Source of the DNA: the human T2T-CHM13v2.0 reference genome, Homo sapiens
Assembly: GCF_009914755.1 (NCBI RefSeq)
Contig: NC_060926.1
Reading direction: 5' to 3' (one strand)
DNA: 64,000 bases
Positions within the stretch are counted from its first letter, which is position 1; the number at the start of each line of letters is the position of its first letter. A program made the position numbers and the translations under genes. This document shows, piece after piece, positions 55,201 to 64,000 of the stretch. Under the pieces are notes generated by a model. That model made no database searches and was not told the DNA's origin. It was given only the letters and a program-made list of their open reading frames with translations.

Positions 55201-56035
55201 AGTTGAAATCTACCAACATGTAAATAATAAACATATTGTGGTGTACTTGTATACTGGAATATGACACCGTAGTAAAACAGGAATTACCAATAAATTTAAT
55301 GATATGGGTAAATTTCAAAGTAAATATACAAGTGAAAGAAACCTGACTCTCCTTTTGAAAAAATGTGTAGACACTGTAAGATTCCATTTATAAAAAATTG
55401 GAGAAAAATAGAAAATTACCCACAGTGATACAAACCAGATCAATACTTATCTTAGACTATAAGATAAGTTTTCTGCTAATTAACATGTACATCACCCCTA
55501 AAAGATTTATTGTAATTCCTTCACTGATCCTGCGGCCAGAGAGTGGGGGAATTACAATAAATCTTTTAGGGGTTGATGTGCTTATTAATTATCTTGATTG
55601 TGGTGATAGTTTTATGGGTATTTACATATTCAGACTAGTCAAATTATACATTATGAGTCTGAAAATTTTATCACATAACAAATATACCTCAATGGAGATA
55701 TGCTTTAAAAAAATAATAATAAAACAATAAAAGAAAAAGAACTCACTAAGAAAATGAAGCGGCAAGACATAGACTGGAATAAAATAATTACAAATAATAC
55801 TCTGGACTTGTATCCAGAATATATAAATAGATTTTTAAACTCAATGGTGGGACCAAAAAATCTAATTTTAGAATAGTGTAAATGTTTTAGTGCACATTTC
55901 ACTAAAGAAATTATGAGTGGCTAAGAAGCACATGAAAAGATTCTCAACATCATTAGTCATTAGGAGAATTAAAACTAAACAGCAAAGAGCTACCACTACA
56001 AACTGATTAAAATTGTTTAAATAAAAAAGGCCAGT

Positions 56036-56522
56036 TGTATTAATTTGTTAGGGCTGATGTAACAATGTGCCTACCAAAAACTGAATGGCTTAAATTATTG
56101 TCTAAGAGTTTTGGAGACTGTAAGTCTGAAATCAAGGTGTCATCAGTGTTGGTTTGTTCTGAGAGCTGTGAAGAACAGATCTTTTCCAGGCCTTTCTGCA
56201 TTTATCTTCACATGGCCATGGTGTGCTGCCTTCTCATGTCTCCCGTGTGTTCAAATTTTCCCGTTTTGTAAAGACCACAGTCATATTGGGTTAGGCTCAC
56301 CCTAGTCATCATATTTTAACTTGGTTATCTCTGTAAAGACTGTGATTCTGTCTCCAGCTTCCTTCTGCCTGTCTCCAGCTTCCTTCTGCCTTTCTCCCCC
56401 TTCCATCTTTGCCAAAAAAAAAAAAAAAAAGACTGTCTCTAAATACCATCACATTCTGAGGCACTGGGTGTTAGTACTCCAACGTATCTTTTTTTGAGGA
56501 AGACATAATTTAACCTATAACA
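56036..56522 (-). mobile_element. MLT1B/C-like solo LTR hosting a small poly(A) insertion
   Basis: tgtattaatttgttagggctg...aagtctgaaatcaaggtgtca...cacattctgaggcactggg...taacctataaca; TSD ccagt/ccaat. Confidence 0.88.
56344..56427 (+). other. Orphan poly(A)-tailed micro-insertion with a 9-bp TSD
   Basis: aaagactgt | 70-nt pyrimidine-rich body with 21-bp repeats + A-run | aaagactgt. Confidence 0.8.
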
Positions 56523-56903
56523 CCAATAGTAATAAATTTTGGTGTGGATGTGGACAATCTTGAACACTAACATATTCTGGGTTAGAATGTAAATGGTACA
56601 TTTATTTGGAAAAATGTTTTGTAAATTTCTTGAAAATTTAAATATAATTTTGCTTTACTACCCAGCAATTTTATTCCTAGGAATCTACCCAAGATAAGTG
56701 AAAACCTATATCCACACAAAAACTGAACATGAATATTTATAGCAGTACTCTTCAAATGTACATATATTTCCATAGCAGCCAAACTGGACACTATTCAAAA
56801 GTTCAACCACACGGGGTATTTCCATAAAGTGAAATATTATTCAGCAAAAAAAACCCCACAAAGTAATATGGAGAAACAATGAAAATCACATGAAATGAGA
56901 TGT

Positions 56904-56986
56904 CAAACAGAAAATATGTAATTTCATCTATATTTAATTTCCAAACAAAAAATATGTAATTTCATCATCTATATTTAATTTCCAAA
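56904..56986. repeat. ~38-bp tandem duplication within L1
   Basis: caaacagaaaatatgtaatttcatctatatttaatttc / caaacaaaaaatatgtaatttcatcatctatatttaatttc. Confidence 0.9.
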
Positions 56987-57219
56987 AGGAAAACAATTTT
57001 ATAGAAACCAAAAGCAGACCAGTGGTTTCCTGAGGCAGGAGTAGCAGTGGGAATTGACTTCAAACAGACAAAAGGAACCACCTGGGATGATGGAGATGTT
57101 TAAACCAGATTGTGATAATGGTTTCATATTTCCTAAAAAAATTAATAAACTATACAAGCAAGATGAGTAGATTTTACTTATATTTAAGAATAGCCACATA
57201 AAACTTCCAGAAACTAGTC

Positions 57220-57780
57220 TATTTTAGTACTCCAGACAAGAAAACAAAAATGAAAATTGCTCGGACAAGAGTATTAACAGGACGGATATAAAGAAGTGCA
57301 TAGCTTTGAAATGCGTTCTGGAGATAAAATAAGTAGAGCTTGCTGAAAGTAAACATTGGAGGGTGAGGACATAAGTGACATATAAGCTCCTGACTTGAGT
57401 AAATGGATGGATTGTGACCACTTTTCAGATATGAGAAATAATTATGAAGGAACAAATTTGGAGAAAAAAATTAAGAGTGCAGTGGCATGTCTAACTTTGA
57501 TGAGATACCTGTGAGACAACCGAGTGAAGATGTGAAGTAGGCAGCTGTGTATATGTCTGGAACTGAGTTTAAATGTCGTGGCTGGAAATATATATTTGTG
57601 ATACATCGGTATTTAGGTTGTATTTAAAGACATGGAAAAAGAAAAAAAAAATACTTGAAGAGACAGTATAGAAACAAAAGAAAAAGGCACCCAGGAAAGA
57701 GACTGAAGAAACTCTTAGTAGAAAAGGAGGAGATGGTAAAAGGAATCTGTGATGAGCATCTACTCAAATATCAAGTGTAG
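57220..57780 (-). mobile_element. L2 relic
   Basis: gagatacctgtgagacaaccgagtgaagatgtgaagtaggcagctg; ggttgtatttaaagacatgga. Confidence 0.75.
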
Positions 57781-59528
57781 AAATATAGAGAAAAAGACAT
57801 AGAGTGAGAGACACAGAGATTTAGAAACAAAGGAAGAGATAGAGTACGCAATAGAAATAATAATAGAGAAATGAGCAAGAACAAAATTTACCTGAGGGAC
57901 TATGGGTAGGTAATTGTGTAAGAGCAAAGTGTTCATGCTGATAATTAGTGGTAAATATTTTAGGAAAAGTAATTTTCAGTGGTATACCTTGAATGTTATA
58001 TAAATAATGTGAGCTTTTTCTCTGCAAAATTGAATTATTTAAGCATTTGTGAGTAAAGAAATTCTATGCTGAGAATGGTGATTTAAGAAAATAAATTCAA
58101 TAGAATAATTTAGGGGATTGGGCCTTTACAAAAATCTGTTATGTATTTAGTAAGATCAAATAACTCAGGAAGATTATTCAAACAAGTTTAATCATTGCAC
58201 ACAGAATTCACTTGATAAAATCCTTTTCTTCAAGCTTGGTATGGCACAGCAGCATTCTCCTTGTGTGTGACAAAATATAAAACCATATTTCTGCTGTGAG
58301 AAATATGCATTTTTTATCTGTGGAAAATGTAGATATAAGTTTTAATGAAGTTACACTTCTATAGAGCCTCTACCATATCATATGGTAGAGACCAAGTGCA
58401 TATATAGTCAATGCTTGAAATCCAATTATATGTAAATCATCACCACCAAACACTATCCATCTAATCTTGACAAGCCTTACAATTAGAAGGAAAAAGCTCT
58501 ATCCATCTGTAGCTTACTTTTCGTTGAGAAGTAAAAATAACTCTAAAGTGTCTTGGCCATGACAGCCACATATATAAAGCAACATTCCCTTCTTCCTGAA
58601 AGTCTTTGTTTCTGTGGATTAAAAAGTCCTATTTCCCTTAAGTATTTGTTATATCGTAATCACTGTCTTCTTTGCTCCATTCTGAAAACTAAATAAACTT
58701 CATTTTTTAATTGATTCATGCCACTTACATTCTCAGTTTTCTCACAAACCAAATAAGTAAGCTGGATGGATTGGTGGTTTTAAAACTTTATTCAACAGCT
58801 TTTCAACAAATATGGCGTTTAAATATACCAATCATTTGAAAGTAACGCTGCTTTAAATGGGGTACAAGTCCCGCAATTACTCCCTATGGCATCTCTCAAG
58901 AATCTTGAGATTCCAATAACCATAGCTTGAAAATCACTTAGACTACATAATTACAAAGTTAATTTTGTCTCAATATTATGTTTTTAATAATTATCTTTAT
59001 TTCACAATTATTGGACATTCTGAACCAGACGAATGCCATTCCTTGCCTTGTCCTTTGATTTTTAAAACATAAATGATTACTTGTGCCAATAGGAGGCAGA
59101 GAAGCAATGTGTTTGCAAAAGAAAGAATTTTATGAGATCCCACCGACCTAGTTGTAGACAGGGTTGGATAGCACAGAAATAGGAAGAAATCAATGTCAAG
59201 AGGCTCAAGGGATTGCACTTAGGTAGCCACAAAAAAAACAAACATTTGTGGTGAAGTTGAGTGTATCTAAGCAGAAAGAGCCAGAGATAATTGCCTATGT
59301 CTTAAAAAAATATCCTTCTGTTCCAGGAGCATCTTCTAGAGCACATATGCAATAATTTTCTACAGACTATGCATAGGAGCAGAATTACACAACAGTTGAG
59401 TATGTGAATTTTCTATTTTACAGGGTAAATTATTTTCCAAATTAGCTGATGTGGTTTATATTCTGATTAAAAAAGGATACTAGCATTTTTTAACATACTT
59501 GCCAAATTTGTATAATTGTCATAATGTA

Positions 59529-59980
59529 CAATTGACCCTTGAATACCATAGGGGGGTTGGTAGAATCAATTCCTTGAGTGGTTTAAAATCTGTGTGTAAT
59601 TTTTGACTCCATCAAAACTTAACTACTAATACTCTACTATTGAGCAAAAGCCTGACTGCTAAAATAGTCAATTAACACATATTTTGTATGTTATATATGT
59701 TATATATATTACATACTGTATTCTTACAATGAAATAAGCTAGAGAAAAGAAAATGTTATTATTAAAATAAAAACGGAATAAAAATTTATTTACTATTTAT
59801 TAAGTGGCAGTGGATTATAAGAAAGGTCTTCATCCTTGCGGTCTTCATGTTGAGTAGGCTGAGGAGGAGGAAGAAGAAGAAAGGTTGGTCTTGTTGTCTC
59901 AGGGGTGGCAGAGGCAAAAGAAAATCCATGTATAAATGGATCACACAGCTCAAGCCTGTGTTGTTCAAAGGCTTTAACTG
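59529..59980. mobile_element. Tigger2a (MER28) TcMar-Tigger MITE
   Basis: TIRs caattgacccttgaa / ttcaaaggctttaactg flanked by TA TSD; internal gagtaggctgaggaggaggaaga. Confidence 0.9.
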
Positions 59981-60149
59981 TAATTTATTTTCAAATGTGT
60001 GAGTGCAATATGGTAACATAGGGTTGAAATTTTTTTCTAGTTTTTCAACTCTGATTACTAATGAAACTCAAAATATTTAAATATATTTATGGTCATACAA
60101 AGTTTTTTCCTATGATTTACCTATTCATTGGTTTTACCCACATTCTATT

Positions 60150-60298
60150 TAATTAGAATGTTTGTAACACAAAGATGCTTTAGATGATGGATATGTCATT
60201 TACCTTGTGATTATTATGCATTCCATGACTGTATCAAAATATTTCATGTACCCCATGAATATATATACTATGTACCCATAAAAATTAAAAATTAAAAA
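60150..60298 (+). mobile_element. L1MA terminal 3' fragment
   Basis: tgtttgtaacacaaaga...gactgtatcaaaatatttcatgtacccca...ctatgtacccataaaaattaaaaa. Confidence 0.85.
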
Positions 60299-60364
60299 GG
60301 TAATTTGTTTTATTTGTTATTGAAATACAAAGTTTTATTTTTGCCACTGATATTAATTTTTTCC

Positions 60365-62443
60365 TTTAAAATTTTATTTTATAGATTTAGGGAGTTCAAG
60401 TACAGTTTTATTACATGGATAAATGACTTAATGGTGAAGTCTGAACTTTTAGTGTAGCCATCACCCAAATAGTGTGCATTGTACCCATTAACTAATTTCT
60501 CATCCCTCACCCCCTTCTCACCCTCACACTCCTCTGAGCCTCCAGTGTCTATTATTCCACTCCATATGTCCATGTGTACACATTATTTAGCTCCCACTTA
60601 TAAGTGAGAACATACATTATTTACTTTCTGTTTCTAAATTGTTTCACTTATGATAATGGCCTCCATTTCCATTCATGTCTCTGCAAAAAACATGATTTCA
60701 TTCTTTTTTATGGCTGAGAAGTATATATTGTATATATAAAATCACATTTTCTTTGTCCAGTCATCAACTTAGGTTGATTCCATACCTTTGCTATTGTGAA
60801 TACAGCTATGATAAACATACAATTGCAGGTATCTTTTTTGATATGATTTCTTTTCCTTTGGGTAGACACCTTGAGATTGCTAGATCAAATGGTAGTTCTA
60901 TTTTTTGTTCTTTGAGAAATCTCCATACTGTTTTTCATAGATGTTGTACTAATTAACATTCCCACCAATAGTGTATAAACATTCCTTTTTCTCTGCATCC
61001 TCACTGACATCAGTTACTTTTTGACTTTTTATTTATAGCCATTCTGACTGGCATAAGATGGTATCTCATTGATTTTTATTTACATTTCTCTGATGATTAG
61101 TGATGTTAAGCATTTCTTCATGTGCTTGTTGACCATTTGCATGTCTTCTGAAAAACATCTATTCATGTCCCTTGCCCCCCTTTTAATGAGGCAACTTTTG
61201 TTGTTGTGTTTTTGTTGAGTTGTTTGAGTTCCTTGTAGATTCTGGATATTAGTCTTTTGTTGGATGCATAGTTTACAAATATTTTCTCCCAATCTTCAGG
61301 TTGTCTGTTCACTCTGTTAATTATTTCTTTTTCTGTGCAGAAGCTGTTTAGTTACTAAGTAAGTCTCATTTGTCTAATTTTGTTTTTGTTGCATTTCCTT
61401 TTGAGGTCTTAGTCATGAATTGTTTGCCTACGTCAATGTCCAGAAAAGAGTTCCCTCAGTTTTCTTCTGGTGTTTTTGTAGTTTCAGATCTCACACTTAA
61501 GTCTTGAATTCATCTTAAGCTAGTTTTTGTTTATGGTGAGAAGAGTCCAGTTTCATTCATCTGCATATGACGAACTGATTTTCTCAGCACCATTTATTGA
61601 ATAGGGGGTCCTTTCCCCAGTATAGGTTGGCATTCTCTATTCTGTTCCATTAATGTATGTATCATTTTTATGCCTGTACTATGCCGTTCCGGTTATTATA
61701 GACTTGTAATCTAACTTGAATTTGGATAATGTGATGCCGAGATCAGCTCAGTCGGGTTCGGTCAGGGAGAACCTAACCCAGTGGTGCTAGAGGAATTAAA
61801 GACACACACACAGAAATATAGAGGTGTGAAGTGGGAAATCAGGGGCCTCACAGCCTTCAGAGCTGACAGCCTCGAACAGAGATTTACCCACATATTTATT
61901 AACAGCAAGCCAGTGATAAGCATTGTTTCTATAGATTATAGATTAACTAAAAGTATTCCTTATGGGAAACAAAGGGATGGGCTGAAATAAAGGGATGGGT
62001 TTGGCTTGTTATCTGCAGCAGGAGCATGTCCTTAAGGCACAGATTGCTCCTGCTATTGCTTGTGGTTTCAGAACGCCTTTAAGTGGTTTTCCTTGCTGGG
62101 TGGGCCAGGTGTTCCTTGCCCTCATTCCGGTAAACCCACAACCTTCCAGCGTGGGTGTCATGGCCATCATGAACATGTCACAGTGCTGCAGAGATTTTAT
62201 TTATGGCCAGTTTTGGGGCCAGTTTATGGCCAGATTTTGGGGGGGCCTGTTCCCAACAATGTGATGCCTCAAGCTTTGTTTTTTGGTGAGAATTGCTTTG
62301 GCTAACAGGGTTCTTTTTTGCTTTCATGTAAATTTTATGATTGTTTTCACTAATTTTGTGAAAAAATAACATTAGTATTTTGATAGGAGTTACATTAAAA
62401 CTGTAGATTGCTTTGGGCTGTATGGTCCTTTTAATGATATTGA
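60365..62443 (-). mobile_element. L1PB4-like 3' portion, interrupted by MER9
   Basis: tggtgaagtctgaacttttagtgtagccatcacccaaatagtg; ORF2 remnant ([15 protein letters not shown]); resumes atgtgatgcctcaagctttg after the LTR. Confidence 0.92.
61735..62258 (-). mobile_element. MER9 (HERV-K9/HML-3) solo LTR
   Basis: tgccgagatcagctc...ggaattaaagacacacacacagaaatatagagg...ggggggcctgttcccaaca; 6-bp TSD atgtga (61729-61734 / 62259-62264). Confidence 0.95.
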
Positions 62444-62810
62444 TATCAATACTATCTACAGTTTTGTGCAGTAATTATCTTCTCAAAATTTGTGGCTAGC
62501 CTTTTCACTATATAAATATTTTTAATTTTATAATAATCACATTTTAAAATAATATCCTTAATGATTTTATCTTTCTTGTTTTGTTTTAAAAATACATTCA
62601 TACACTGAGGTCATAAGCATAGACCTTTATGCCTTCTGAAAATTTTAAAGGATTGTATTATTGCATCTAATACACACAAAGTTTTACTATAAAATCCAGT
62701 TTGAATAAAAATATGCGTTTCTTTTCTCCAGAAGGAAATAATGTCCTAGGTTAATTAATTTAAGAATGTATATATTCCCCAATGATTTGCTTTGGTAGCT
62801 CTCTCATAAG

Positions 62811-62884
62811 TCATATATATATGTCTATATATATGTCATATATGTATATGTCTATATATGTCATATATGTCAAATATATATCTA
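62811..62884. repeat. (TATATATGTC)n-like simple repeat
   Basis: tcatatatatatgtctatatatatgtcatatatgtatatgtctatatatgtcatatatgtc. Confidence 0.85.
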
Positions 62885-63384
62885 TTCATGCATTTATCTT
62901 ATCTTTCTTTTCCACATCTCTACTTACATACCCATGTGTTAATACTATCAAAATTATAATTTATTCTACTTACAGTGATTCTGAATTATAAAATATCTGA
63001 AAATAAGTCTTATTCTCTAACTCAATTATAAGCTCAAGGAAGACAAACACTACATATAAATTACAGTATTTATAATTAACAAAATGAGATAACTTTAAAG
63101 AACAAAGAGATAAGAAAAGAAAATGAAGAAAGAAATAAAGAAAGAAGGAAAGGAGAGAAGTAGTTAGAAATAGAGAAAATTTTACTTTTTTCTCATTTCA
63201 GCATTTTTCAAAGAAATGGAAAATTAAAAGCCAAGAAAAGTAACAACAGGGAATTTTATCCCCCAAGATGATAATCATCTCTAAATGAAGGTAAACTATT
63301 ATGTATTCTGTTGCATACTTAGTATAATTATTTGAATGGGATAAATAATTCAATTTGCTTTGGAAATACACAAATATGTCTCTA

Positions 63385-63562
63385 CCACTTTCTAGTTGTG
63401 CAAAATAAGCAATGTATTTAACTTCTATGTTACTCAACTTTGTCTTCTATTAAAGGGATTCATATCAGCCTTATATGAAAGTTAAGAAGATTTATGAAGA
63501 TAATGAGTGCAAAGTACTTAACACAATGTTTGGTATGGTTTACTCAATAAATATAGTATTGT
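63385..63562 (+). mobile_element. MIR relic
   Basis: ctagttgtg...gcaatgtatttaacttctatg..actcaacttt...gataatgagtgcaaagtacttaacacaatg...ctcaataaat. Confidence 0.7.
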
Positions 63563-64000
63563 AATTACAAAATCAGTTACTTAGAATTATGAAAGTATGA
63601 ATATAAAATAAAGATGGGGATATTTAATAGGTACTATTTTTACCATTTAAACAAAAATGACGGCAGTAAAATAAATTACTTTTTGTTGTAATATGTGTGC
63701 TGGTAGTGTAAGGCATTAAAAAAAGACATGGTGCATGTGTAAAAAAATCTACAGTAAGGATTTCCTTCTACAATTACATATTTCTTAAGCAAATATAAAT
63801 TGACTCTGGCTCATTTATGCTGGGATACCAAGAACAATTTAAAATAATGAAATAAGTAGGTGAGCTTCAACATACAACAGAGCTGCATCAATACTCTAAT
63901 CAGCTCTTTTCAAAGAAATAGCACCTAGAAAACATTTTTGCTTATCAGAAATAATGGTGTGGTATTGCATACGTGGTGGTCCAAAGAATGATATTTTTTC

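Larger units (their letters stand above)
55215..57200 (+). mobile_element. Old L1 (L1MC/ME) fragments, interrupted by MLT1
   Basis: gattccatttata; atcttgattgtggtgatagttt; aagcacatgaaaagattctcaacatcattagtcattagg; acccagcaattttattcctaggaatctaccc. Confidence 0.75.

Noticed and set aside
58894-58910. Palindrome tctcaaga-a-tcttgaga (similar short stems at ~11522-11550 and ~4034-4050)
   Set aside because: Arms of 8-9 bp are expected by chance in 64 kb of AT-rich DNA.

Overview
AT-rich primate genomic DNA. It is almost certainly human, because it contains an AluYa5 with all five diagnostic positions, plus LTR12, THE1, MER9 and L1PA elements. I find no credible protein-coding gene, RNA gene or CpG island. 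The ORFs in the track are decayed L1 ORF2 fragments, Alu/LTR read-throughs or chance ORFs. The window is a gene-desert or deep-intronic mosaic of L1s (L1PA/PB/MA/ME), 12 Alus, MaLR/ERV solo LTRs, DNA transposons and L2/MIR relics; subfamily names come from my recollection of consensus sequences, not from a search. I see no new multi-gene system. The most interesting signals are retrotransposition by-products: (1) an 84-bp orphan poly(A)-tailed insertion with a target-site duplication (TSD) inside an MLT1 LTR; (2) a probable L1 3' transduction ending at an MLT1 poly(A) signal; (3) a very young AluYa5; (4) two twin-primed L1s; (5) two neighbouring L1PA copies sharing unusual variants; (6) a possible ~5-kb ancient inversion splitting one L1MA; (7) a perfect 58-bp AT-only palindrome.
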